From Antedon mediterranea (taxonomy: Eukaryota; Animalia; Echinodermata): a stretch of 64,000 bases of DNA. This document shows, piece by piece, positions 39,397 through 60,384 of this stretch. The stretch lies in NCBI RefSeq assembly GCF_964355755.1, contig NC_092675.1, positions 24,896,912-24,960,911 on the forward strand, written 5' to 3'. The first letter of the stretch is position 1; each line of letters opens with the position of its first letter. A program made the translations under genes and the position numbers. The notes below the pieces were generated by a model, which saw nothing but the letters and a program-made list of their open reading frames with translations, did not search any database and had not been told where the DNA came from.

Positions 39397-40275
39397 TGTT
39401 ATGCGCGATTTGAACGATTTGCGCAATTTGAAATTGCGCAAAAAAAATCCTTGCGCAATTTGAATTGAAACATGTGTTTCAAATTGCGCAAGCAACGTAT
39501 TAAATTGCGCAAGTAATCTGCAAATTGCGCAAGGTTTTTCGACAGATTGTGAAATCATGCACACCCATATTTTTATAGTAATTTCTAAGAATGATTCAAA
39601 ATTAAAGATAAATATCGCATTTCCTTATTTTAGTAGTGCAAATATTGTTATAAGTTAGCATACCGTCGAAGAACCGACGAAGGAAAACGAAGCGGTGGTG
39701 TTCCACCAGGCGGGCGTGGCGCGGGCGGCCGGCTATACTACTCTAGCCTAGCTAGGGTCTGGACTACTGATACTGACTAGGTTACATGGCCTAGCTTAAA
39801 CTAATATTAAAAAGTAAATTTTTACATTTATTTTGATTTATTTCAAGTTACAGTGATAATATTATTTAATTGTAATAATAAATGTTATGTATTTATTATA
39901 CACATGTTATCTTCGCATTTATTATGTTTTATTTTGAATTATTTAGTTTCCAATAAATTATTATAATACCGATTGTCTGGTAGAATTTTGTTGCGCAATT
40001 TGAAAATTTACAGTTCGTTTTCAAATTGCGCAAAGGTGTCATTTTGCGCAAGAACTATCTTGCGCAATTTACAAATTGTGCAGCGCAATTTAAAATTGCG
40101 CAAAGATTTTCTTGCGCAATTTGAAATTGCGCAAGTTGATTGCGCAATTTGAAATTGCGCAAAAAATCCTTGCGCAATTTTAAATTGCGCAAGAATTCTT
40201 TGCGCAATTTCAAATTGCGCAAGGATTTTTTTGCGCAATTTCAAATTGCGCAAATCGTTCAAATCGCGCATAACA
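39397..40275. mobile_element. Non-autonomous Ginger-like DNA transposon, copy 2
   Basis: Arms near-identical to 8165-8738. 4-bp TSD AACA at 39393-39396 and 40276-40279. Different 402-bp interior. Confidence 0.85.
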
Positions 40276-40689
40276 AACACACTCCAACACACAAAATTTA
40301 TTTTTATCAAATCAAACATGATGAGCGATTTCACCATAAATAAAATTCAATAATAAAATAATTACTCGAGCTCGATTATTTTATATGCAGTATAAGTTTA
40401 GGATAGGCCTAATCTAGGAAGGTTTGGCCTATAGGCGAGGCCTCGTTGGACGGCGACTACCTGCTACTAGGCCTAGTACTAGGCTAGGCTACACCCTAAA
40501 GGAGTAGGAGGACTAGCTAGCTCGGCTTGCAGGCCAAGCTAGGCCTAGAGCTCTACTTACTAGCCTACTAGGCCTAGCTTTTCATTAGGCCTAATCAAAG
40601 CGTACTACTAGGCTAGTACTACTAGCCTAGACTTGCTGTAAGTATAGCTAAAAATGTCTGGATGTTCATAATGCTGTAAAAAGGATAGG

Positions 40690-40916
40690 CAGACCTACCA
40701 ACAAAACAAACAAAACGTCTTTCCGCCGCCCGCCTTGTTTTCAAAATGTGTAATTTTGTTTTCTGTCAGAGTGCCCTCACCGAACGGAATAGTTGTGTGA
40801 TGTTAGGCTCAATAATCCAGACGGTCGTATTGTTTATTAACAAAAAATAAAAAGGAGGATGGTCGTTGTTGTATCGTCATCTCTTATAAAGCTATTTTGT
40901 TAACGAATAATGCAAG
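40690..40916 (+). promoter_or_regulatory. Putative TMEM259 promoter and non-coding first exon
   Basis: GC box ccgccgcccgcc, CpG-rich, donor caag|gttagt at 40917, TAGGCCTA tracts on both sides. Confidence 0.5.
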
Positions 40917-41530
40917 GTTAGTTAAGTTAATTCAATCAGCTAGAGTTTGAAATGATATATATATATATATTTTTGTGTAAATTGTTTTTGTCAATCATGT
41001 AATGAATCCTATATAAACTTAATCCCAGCCAGGCCAGTCATCGAATCGGCATCAGCAGGCAGCAGAGAGAGCCTGCTGGCCATCATTCATGATGGTTGGG
41101 CCCGGCTGGTGCTGTGATCCCTACTGCCATGCCAGCTGTGTTCATAGCAGAGCGGCCTAGCCTTGTAAAGTTCCCGTAAAGTAGTAGTAGGCCTAGTATG
41201 CAAATTATGATTGTAAATAGACTACGTACGTAGACTAAGCTAGCTCCACTGACTAAGCACCCCACAGAGTGGTGCATCGCGTAACTGAAGAATTGTGTGT
41301 GGAGATTTTTCTTTTTGTGGAACGTTCACTTTTTTGGGCCTAAACTAGTAGCTACTGTAGCTAGGCTAACTACTAATAGGCCTACACTTATATTGTTTAA
41401 GTAGAAAATGCCTGCTTACGATGTATACAGCAGTGTGTTATTCGGAATTTGAGTTAAACAATGTGCAATAAAGTATTTGAAATAATTTAACTTATAAATC
41501 ATTTTTTATTTCTTATTTTCAGACATTTAA

Positions 41531-50004
<8,474 letters not shown>

Positions 50005-51130
50005 CTAAATTCAACTGCAGGGTTTTTGGTGAACTAGAAACAACAACATTGGTAAATAGTATGCGATAGTAGTACATCAAATTACATTAACAGCCACAGA
50101 TGTCTACCATTTTATAGTTGTTATCAAGAACAATGGTGTCAAGAGTTCTGATGGTGTGGTGGAAGATGATAGCCACGTTGAGATCACAAACTTGTTATGA
50201 TGAAATTATGATGTTGATTTTAAAACAGAACCACACTACACGTTAAGAATATATTACACTGTGTAGAAAATTTACTTCTGGCAGCAGTATACCTTATTAA
50301 AATGGTGATTTAATAAGCAGGCATCTACAATACATTGAATGTCGTAAAGGATGTAAAGTAGTAAAATTAATGATACATTATTGAATGTACTGTACTTACC
50401 AAAAAATGATTGAATTGAACACCCACCTATTGAAAATACCAATGTTTTTTAACTGAGAACACAGAACACATTTATGATAAGAAAGTGTGATGTGCTCAAA
50501 CGTGGTAGTAAAGTGATGTCATCGTGTTCATATAATTATGACATTATCTGTCATATAAAGTTTGGTAGTGTAGACAGAACTTATAAAGCCATGTCCTGGA
50601 GGTATATCTATACAATACTTTTACAATTAATCTCTTTTTCTATTTTTCAATTGAGTAAATTAAAATTTTGACAAACCAATAATACTAACCCTAAAAATCT
50701 TATTTCTCATCCCCTGCTTATAAGTGTAACACATAATTTTATTTTATCAAAAAAATATACATAACATTTATGTAATTTATTTTAATATTTTTTGTTTTGG
50801 TGCCATTAACTATGAAATGTATAAACTGATACATAAAAACATGACAAAAATATACTATAAATGTTATATAAAATAAATGATGAATATTATTTTTATATTT
50901 GTGCAATTGAAGAAAATATAATGTTCTATTTCATCTTTCACCTCATGATGAAATATTTGTACCATTGCACTACAGTAATAAAACTGACAAATCATCATTA
51001 CATGTTGAGTAGTCGATGGATAATATGATTTTGTTTTCAATTTAAATGATATAGAATTACAATAATAGGATTACTGGCATAAGGATTTATACAGAATTGT
51101 ACACATATTTATTATAATATGAGATGTTTT

Positions 51131-51493
51131 CCTGAGCATCGATATTTCTTTTCGTACATAAGTTGGGGACCCTCATGACACGTCACAAAATAAACATGAA
51201 TATTAATTAATCATATCCATAAGGTTTGACGTAAGAATTGGGCTAACTACAATTCACCAATGCAAACGCTTTCTGCCGTCTGTGTAGTCGAATGGATTAG
51301 ACTATGGACTTTACATGTCGATGTATGGGGTTCGAATTCCATGAGCAACTTCTTTTTACTTTATAGTGAGAGAGATTATTTAGAGGGTAAGGTTTAGTTA
51401 GTTGTTGTTGTTTAGTTATATTTAGGAAGTAGTTCGGCTATCTTTCACATAAGGGGTCCCCAACTTATGTACGAAAAAAAAAATCGCTTCCGG
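51131..51493. mobile_element. MITE containing a tRNA-like segment
   Basis: TIR ttcgtacataagttggggaccc. Internal tagtcgaatgg...ggttcgaattcc (A/B boxes) at ~51283-51340. Confidence 0.65.
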
Positions 51494-52129
51494 CCAACCC
51501 TAAACTTTTAGTTAAGTGTATTCAAACTAAATTTTATTAAGATATCTAAATTTGTAATTGGTTGATTTGCTTAAATTATATAAAATATTTTATACTCCAA
51601 ACATTAATTTGAGATATTTGGTCTGTCTTATCATTATGTATATTACTGTAAAATAATTATAATAAAAGTGTAACCTATTTAATGTGTTAGTATAGAGAGA
51701 TACCGAAAGTTTGTGGCCATGTAATCATCTTGCAGTATGTCAGTCATTAAATAATAATGTGTTAATAATAATGGTGTTTATTGTTTTATTTGTGCAAGTT
51801 GATTTCTCAAAAAAATTATTTGTACCATTCCATGAATATAGACACTTATTATTATTTTGTAGCGTGTGTTTGTTACTTGGCAAAAAAGAATTTTGCCAAG
51901 TATAGTATTAACTTTGGCAGGCAGAGGCGCCGCAAATCGGCACAGATTCAAGACACTCCTCGACCATTATTCTGGTCAATCTTGATTTTAGAAAGGTCAT
52001 TGTTGCAATGCCGGAATTGTTTGTATCAAAAACTATTTAAACCAATTATTAACCCCAGCAGGATTTTAACCATGTAAAGCTAATACCAAAAGCAAAAACA
52101 AACATGCTCCCAGTCAGTGGATATTATTT

Positions 52130-53165
52130 TGCCAAGTACTTCACTCAGTTTCTGAGTGCTTTCATTTATTTGTTTGTTTGCTAGCAGGATTACTCAAAAG
52201 TTAATTACGATATTTACCAAAATATACAGATAGATATGTGGTCAAGGACCATTCCATTACATTTTGGGACCATGGTCCCAATTCTGGACCAATTTTTAGT
52301 ATACTTTTCAGACCTGCTAGTGTTAAAAGATAGGACAGAATTTTTCAAAAGCCGGCGAGCAGTCTTAAAGTAACAAGTAAACTGGAATTGCATTTTCTCG
52401 AGAACTACTTGTCCAAAAAACTTCATTTTTGTACAAGAGGCAAGAGTTATAATTTGTGATTGTAATTTTGAAACATAATTTGATTTAATGTGCACGTTTT
52501 TTTATGCAAGTAGTTTAAAAAACCTATTTCTTTTCAAATTCACTCGTTTGATTTTCGCGTTGCTGTTCTATTGTTAGTCAACTGAAGCTATTGTTAATTA
52601 AAATTAATTAAAAGGCTTGTTACATAACTATAATCAGGGTACCTTGCGATCTCTCCAGGTATGCTACAATAATGGTTTAAGAATGTTGCTACAAAGGCCT
52701 CGACATTGCAGTGCCAGCCTTATGTTTACGGAATGTAGAATTCCTTCTTTTTATGAATTGTTTAAAAAATCAATATATGGCCTGATGGGTAGACTAAATG
52801 CAAGCGAAAATGTTTTAGTCTCAACGATTATAAACAATGTCTTAGTTAAGTCGAAAATGCTCTCCAGGTGGAATGCCATCCAGGTGGAATGCCATCCTGA
52901 GATGAGTAGTAGTAATTAGTCTTGTTTATTTTATTTCATTTATATGTAATTTTTACTTTCTATGGACCAGAGATTCCGAAATAAAAGATTGAATGAATAA
53001 ATAACCATTACACCAAACTAGCATACACATGCTTGTAGTGAAATTAGCCTAAATCACAAACAGCATTAAGACACACACAAATATATATTTTTTACCAGAG
53101 AAATCTTATGTAGGAGAATTTTACAGTAGGCGAAGGTATGCACTCTCGGAATGGCTTTCTAGTTT
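52130..53165 (+). mobile_element. Helentron-like non-autonomous element
   Basis: 5' tgtttgtttgctagcaggattactcaaaa and 3' ggcgaaggtatgcactctcggaatggctttctagtt are typical HINE ends. Confidence 0.55.
52617..53002 (+). mobile_element. 3' fragment of an RTEX-like LINE nested in the Helentron-like element
   Basis: ORF YNNGLRMLLQRPRHCSASLMF...RLNASENVLV, with tail tatggacc..ccgaaataaa..gattgaatgaat. Confidence 0.7.
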
Positions 53166-54809
53166 TTTGTTTTTTTTTAATTATATATTAAATATTATAT
53201 TTTAATATTTGAATTTTACAATTTGTTTAAAATGCTGTACCCAAGCCTATTATTATCTCTTTGTTTATGTGAGACTCAATTGCATACAAGCCTTGAATTT
53301 TCTGATAAAAAATATGAAAATGTAAAATATATATAACGTATAAATAAAATATTATATTCGTTATTTTCATAATAATATATTGAATAACAATTCAACCAAG
53401 GCTATATCAAACGAACAAATACATCCATAAAAAATGGGTTACCATGCCTACTTTTTAATGGACTATATAATAATAATAAAAGAAGATTAGAGAGAGAGAG
53501 AGAGAGAGAGAGAAAGAAAGAGATTAGAGAACGACTATGACAATTGATGACGTTAAGAGGATTTATAACGGATTATTTCGACTGTGAATTATTCGTCAAA
53601 CTTGCTAGTATAAAAGGTGGAAACGAAACGTTCTGTTGGTTTCACATCAGGTCTGAAAGGAACAAGATATCGAAGAGAGAAAGTAACAACCATCCACAGG
53701 TAGGAAGAATAAGCCATTTCAGTAATAGCAACTGACCCTTTTTTTTGACAGAGCTCTAGAATGTTGCTCAAAAAATAAGATTATTCTGGAGGACTATTAA
53801 GAGGGCTGCCCAAAGAGTCCAGGGCTGTAGACACGTGTCACGATGGGGTCGTTAAATGATTAAATGGCCGCAAATGGTACTCACGCACGTAATATTCATG
53901 ATAAATGGAACCGCTAGTTCGCCGGAAATGTCACTCTATTGTGCGCTAGCAAACCGAGTATTGTGTAGCCTATATTATTCCGCCGGTAATAAGATTTAAG
54001 ATTAGTAATAGTAACCCACTACTCTATAGTAACCCCCTCTAATAGTTACCCACCCTAAAAAACAATCAAAGAATAATAACCCAGGGTTACAATTAGAAGA
54101 TTTACGTTTAAATGCTAAATAAAGTCAGAAGGTAAAACCACAAAATTTCCAAAATTTATTTTCATTTATCCACTATAAACACTGTATAAATATAAATAAA
54201 TAATAATAAGATTTTTATAGCGCACATACCACTCCAGAGTGCTCAAGGCGCATTTAAAAATAAAAAAGAAATAAATCATACAAATTCCTGACAAATAAAA
54301 TGCAATTTCTTTGGAGGGTCCCCATCCGTTGTCGTTCTGTCGCGGTCCCGAACCCCTACCTAGGTGACCAAACAAAGGAGCAGGATACACATTTGCCTTG
54401 CCACAGACGACCGGGTGCTCAGACAACAACCAAGACAGAGGCACCCCAAAGATAATGCTGGCCAGGAAGAGGTATACAAAACAATTCTAAGTCTAAACAA
54501 CTTTAAGAAACCTCATGATTTCCATATGCCTTAATGAATAAATGTGTTTTTAATAATTTTTTAAAAGTATCAACAGTTTTGCAAAATCTTATAGAGCTCG
54601 GTAGAGCATTCCACAGACGAGGAGCAGTAACGGAGAATGCTCTGTCACCCCATGACTGATGTAGAAGCAGCGAGTCACTAGAGCGCAGATTACGTCCGGG
54701 AACATACAGCCTAAGCATGTCAGAAATATATTCAGGAGCCATGCCATTTATAGACTTAAAAACAAAGAGTAATATTTTAAAAACAATGCGGTACCTAACA
54801 GGGAGCCAA

Positions 54810-56546
54810 GGGTGTGTAGAAAGCGACGACCTCGAATTGGACGACCCCAACGACCCGGGCGACCTCGAATTGAACGACCTCGAATTGAACGACCCATAAC
54901 ACGAAACCGACGACCCCTATAGCCTAGCCTAGGCCTAAGTGTGGTATAACATCCCGAAGTCGAACATAGCCAAAGATCTTTAAACTATACCTTATTATAT
55001 AATACTCGCAAGCAAGCAATTGATTGAAAAAATACAGAAATATCGCCATTTGATACTGATTGTGTCGACACGAACAAACGAAAAGATATGGAACGCCAAG
55101 AGTGCATCATTAAAAACTGCATTTGACATATTAAAAATAAATTAAAAAGAAATAAATATTATACAATACATGGTTAAACCATAGACGTATAATTACATCT
55201 AGTCTTCTTATAACGAACACTATAGGCCTACCAAGCAGCGTAACATGTCCATGGGGGGATATGACCGGTTGGGCCGCCGACAAGTTGAGCCGCCGGTAAT
55301 TTCTATGAAACGGCCAGTGCGTCTTTTACGACATTTCGCGTAGTGATAGAGTGGTGTCCTAGTAGGCCCTACATAAGTTCATGGTCTTTAGGTTTATTGT
55401 GTCATGAAAATAAATAATAATTACATACTACAATTTTGTTGGTTTGAAACAGCAAAGGAAAGTAGTCATATTTAATAATCTAATTGTTTTTAATCTTTCA
55501 AGGTAAAAATGCAGTGCACTCCATAATATTTTTCTCGCGTGTATACCACGTAAAATCACGTTGTCTCTCAGGACTAATAGAGTATTGATATTCTTCGAAT
55601 GAGGTTAAATAATTATTATTTTTTATTTACTATCTTTTAATATCATATTTTATTGAATTTTACAATGTTAATACACAAAATATTTTACTAAAGAACGGTG
55701 ATTTTATGCAATTATTTTACTTCAACTGCCGCCTGAGGGGGCAACATGTTTACGTGATTTTTGGCTAAAAACGATCATTTTCGGTCATGTTTTAGGCCTT
55801 ATATTTTGGAATCTACAAGTCAGATATTCATAATTATTACTCTTTAATTATAATATTTAATAATATATACTAAAAACCGTGATATATAAACTTTGGAATA
55901 TACATCGTTATATCTAATAATTAATATAAATAGAACTTCTATTAAATAGAAACGAGCACCGGCGAAAGTAAGCATTTGGCGTTTCATAGAAAATAACGTT
56001 TTTCTGGCGGCGCCTCAACTTGTCGGCGGCTCAACTTGGCCTAATTCCTGCATGGGGAGGGCCATAAGAAAGCTTTACATTTCACAGTATGCATCGGTCA
56101 AACCATGGAGGTATAAAAATATGTTTATACCTCCATGGTCAAACCATGGAGCTGGTCAAACCTTACCCGCCGCTGTAAAAGGGGCCTGGTTTGTCATGTT
56201 TATGATATTTCGTGTGCTAATCGAGTCGAATGCAGTTTTAATGATGCACTCTTGGCGTTCCATATCTGTTCGTTTGTTCGTGTCGACACATTCAGTATCA
56301 AATGGCGATATTTCTGTATTTTTTCAATCAATTGCTTGCTTGCGAGTATTATATAAGGTATGGTTTAAAGATCTTTGGTTATGTTCGGCTTTGGGATGTT
56401 ATACCATACTTAGGCCTAGGCTAGGCTAGGCTATTATAGGGGTCGTCGGTTTCGTGTTATGGGTCGTCCAATTCTAGGTCGTCCAATTCGAGGTCGCCCG
56501 GGTCGTTGGGGTCGTCCAATTCGAGGTCGTCGCTTTCTACACACCC
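54810..56546. mobile_element. MULE-type MITE inserted in the LINE
   Basis: Near-perfect >300-bp TIRs starting gggtgtgtagaaagcgacgacc. 10-bp TSD agggagccaa at 54800-54809 and 56547-56556, duplicating the LHWLP codons. Confidence 0.92.
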
Positions 56547-57100
56547 AGGGAGCCAATGCAATATTTCCAAAGTATTTGATATGTGTCCATATCTTGGTAA
56601 TTTTTTAACAACTCGTGCCGCTGTATTTTGAATCAGTTGGAGCCTGTGGAGTTGTTTTTGTGGTAGCCCGTATAGCAAAGAGTTTCCCATATCTAGTCGT
56701 GAAGTGACAAAAGCATGAACAAGTTGTTTAGCTGCTGTCTCATTTATAAACTTACGAATCCTTCGAATGTTTCGCAAGTGAAAAGACGACGCAGAAATAG
56801 CATTTCAACCCCAAGATTTCTAACCTGCCTAGCCGGGTCAATTTGGGTTTCACCAATGTGAATAAAGCTTGGTGGCAGTTTTTCCAACTGCTGTTTTGAT
56901 CCAAAGAGAACAAATTCTGTTTTTTCATCATTTAATTTAAGAAAGTTGTTTTTCATCTAGACACGCAATTCATAGATACAATGTTGGAGCAATTCCAAAG
57001 AAATGTCACTGTGTTTCATAGTAGGTTTAAAAGAAATATAAATCTGAGTATCATCAGCATAAACATGATAGCACAGATCATATTTAGGCCTACTTATGAT

Positions 57101-58370
57101 CAGTGGCGTATCCAGTAGGGGGGCCGGGGGGCCCGGGCCCCCCTGATTTCGTTTCCGTCGGCACATCATCGCGGCCGTCGGCAAACAAAGGTGCCGGGAA
57201 AAAAAAATAAACTATTTATTCTGACAATAATTGAACTGTAAACATAATTCTTTTGAGTGTTTGTTTATTTACATATCATATCATCATTGATCCCTTCAGA
57301 TCAACTATTTTTTATTTTCATTACATCTAACGAAACACGTAAAAAATGTGTAGCACGTACGTACGGCCGTACGCGGTAGATTGTTTACTCAAAAGTCTTT
57401 GACCTTACCCTAAAACCTTGTTTTTGCATGCAGTTGAGCCTCTCATGACCTGGGATTTGTATGTCTTCCTACGCTAAGAGATTATATAGTTCCACATGCC
57501 ATGTGCTTTTTTGTCTAAGATATATTTATTATAAGTGCCAAAAACCCGTTTTTTTTCTCGATATGAAGCCTTTATTATTCAAAATTTTTAAAGAAAAAGC
57601 ACATATACCATAAAAAATATCCATATAGGCCCTATTTCATTTTTGGAACAGAATATTCCGTGAGGCTCAACTACAAAACCACCATTTTGTGATATGATGT
57701 CATCGTAAGCCAATCAAAGCTGAGCTTTCTCGCGATTGGCATTGCTCACGGTTGAATGATTTAGGATTCTAGCTGATTTGATTGGTGAATTAGGGAATCA
57801 CCCGCAGCGGAATGTTTTCTCTCGCGCGTGTACCATGAATCTCTCTGATCGTTACTACACAAAGTTAGAGCAATGAATTTGTCCGAATTCCGTTAAGTAA
57901 ACAACTTTATATATTTTATAAGCATTTAATAACATGTTTTATTGATATTTGCAATGGTGATATATAAAATAAATTACTAAAAAACGTAATTAAATGTAAT
58001 TATTTTAACCAAAAATGGCGTAGTTAATAGAATTGTCGACTGAGGCCGCAAATTGTTTTACTTCTTTCGTGGCTAAAAACGATCATTTTCGGCGATGTTT
58101 TAGACCCTATATTTCGAAAACTACAAATCATATTTTCCTAATTCTTTCTTTATTGTAATATGAATACAACATACTAACAGATAATGTTGGTTTGGTTTTA
58201 ATTTTGCATCGTTATCCCATATAAGACAATATGACTATGTAATCCTAGAAAATATATTGATCAGAGACGTCGTGTATGTACAGCAGATAATGACACCAAT
58301 TTTGTCGGCAAATTGGCAATTCCCGCCCCCCCCCCCCCCCCCCAACTTCAAAATCCTGGATACGCCACTG
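57101..58370. mobile_element. MITE with CAGTGGCGTATCCAG TIR inserted in the LINE
   Basis: 15-bp perfect TIR. Removing the element plus a 2-bp AT duplication restores the RT reading PIRDII. Confidence 0.85.
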
Positions 58371-59979
58371 ATATCCCGTATCGGGTGTAAATAAATAGTA
58401 AACCATTGCGGCCCAAGAACAGATCCTTGTGGTACCGAAAAGTTTAGAAAAGAAGCTTTTGAAATAGCATCACCAATACATACGTGTTGAGGTCGTTTTT
58501 CCAAATATGACCGACACCAATCAAGTGCATTTCCTTCAATACCAATATAAGTACTGAGTCTATTTAGCAACACAGAATGATCAACCGTATCAAATGCTGC
58601 ACTTAAATCTAATAATACTAGAGCAGTTAGCTTTCCATCATCCATCCCACGTAGGATGTCATTATTTACACGAAGTAATGCCGTTTCAGTACTGTGATGC
58701 GCTTTGTAGGCAGATTGATACGGATCAAGTAGGCCATGTTTTTGTACATGCGACAAAATCCGTTTAGAAACAACCTTCTCAATTATTTTTCCTAAAAAAC
58801 TAAGATTCGAGATAGGTCTGTAGTTTTTCAGAATCTCGGGATCTAGACCTGTTTTTTTCAATGTGGGTCGAACATGGGTGACTTTTAGAGACTCTGGGAA
58901 AGAACCACTTTCAAGAGACTTATTAACAATATGTGTGATTAATGGAATAAATGCAGAAGTACATTTCTTAATCAGTGAAGTTGGTACCGGGTCAAGTGCA
59001 CACGATTTAGAGGGAGAATTTTTGACAATTTTTAAAATTTCCTCATCACTTGCAGGTTCGGACTGAGAAAACCGTATAGACCTAGTTAAACCATAAGATA
59101 TATTACATTTATCAGAAGCAGTTATAACTTCGCCAGTATTTTCATTTTCTAGTGAATCACGAATTGATTTAATTTTATTTACAAAAAACACAGAAAATCT
59201 TTCAGCAAGAGCTTCATCGGAGACAGACGAAGGAAGGACCGATGACTTGGAGTGATGTAAAAGTTTATTTACTATATTGAAAAGTTTCTTTTGATCACCT
59301 GTGCAGTCACTAACCAGACTAGAGTAATACCGCGTCTTGGCCTTTTCAATCAGTCCATTTACAACGCATCTTTGAACACAGTATTCCTGTCTATTCTTAG
59401 GAAGCAACAGTGTTGCTTAAATCACACTCCAAAATAAAACAAAGACAATTTGCAGAAAGAAGCAAACTTTGCTCTGCTACCGGTATAACATGGTTCAAAG
59501 TTGGGAACGTCCATAATTTACTACGGAAATTCGTAGAGCGTTTCTTCTTTGATTGAATAATTTTGTTTGTTTTATACAGCAAGTTCATTTTGGATTTTCA
59601 GTAAATTTAAAACTAAGACCGTCGACAAAGTAGCCTTACCAATGGTTTATCAGGGCGGTCGCAGAACTATTTTAAGAGGGTTTGTTGAGCCGTGAAATGT
59701 GCAAAAAGTCACATTTGTGCAAACAATTACATTTGTGCAAACATTTTACCTTCAAATGAGCAAATCTGTAAAAATTTATAAACCGCAAATGTGCAAAAAT
59801 CACGCTTTTAAATGTAAAAACGATCAGTTTTTACGTTAAATGTGCAAAAGGTATTTTACAAATGTGCAAATCATTTCTTCAGTCAAATTCCTAAGTACAT
59901 TTTATATTTTTGAGGTCTTTGAAAGTAGAAATAACAATAGGAAAAAGAGTCTAATAAATCTAAAATGTTCAATATCATA

Positions 59980-60384
59980 ATTAATAACTAATTATACTGT
60001 TGTATTTTATTATGATCAAAGGCTTTAACCCGTCTCAGCCAAACTCAAGTCGACCCCAAGTCAACTCTCCCTCAAATCAATTCGACCGCAGGTCAACTTG
60101 GCCTCACGTCAACTAGGTTACGTTAAAGTATGAAACGTTACTATTATTCATCTCTGTAACATTCGTACTTCGTCTCTATTATTTTCCTCTGATTTCGGTT
60201 GAAGAAAATAATTTATTTATTAATTAACATTTGTTTGTTATATCAGTCCTATTTATTTGCACTTTTTGCGTTCCATATTTTAATTAGTTTTTGGCTGAGT
60301 TGACGTGGGGCCGAGTTGAGTTTGGCTGAGACGGGTTAAAGCCTTTGATCATAATAAAATACAACAGTATAATTAGTTATTAAT
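59980..60384. mobile_element. Foldback derivative related to the MITE at 9701-10593
   Basis: 69-bp perfect terminal inverted repeat and degenerate caagtcaactcggcc repeats. Confidence 0.75.

Larger units (their letters stand above)
54190..59397 (-). mobile_element. 5'-truncated L2-clade LINE (RT ORF2), interrupted by two MITEs
   Basis: NYRPISNLSFLGKIIEK, QSAYKAHHSTETALL, LDLSAAFDTVDH, VPQGSVLGP, YADDTQ, LHWLP|VRYRIVFK, RAFSVTAPRLWNALP. Stop at 54503, stem-loop and (tat)n tail. Confidence 0.92.

Noticed and set aside
58235-59407. Stand-alone reverse transcriptase gene or novel RT system
   Set aside because: It is part of a 5'-truncated, interrupted L2 LINE with a deletion near 56805.
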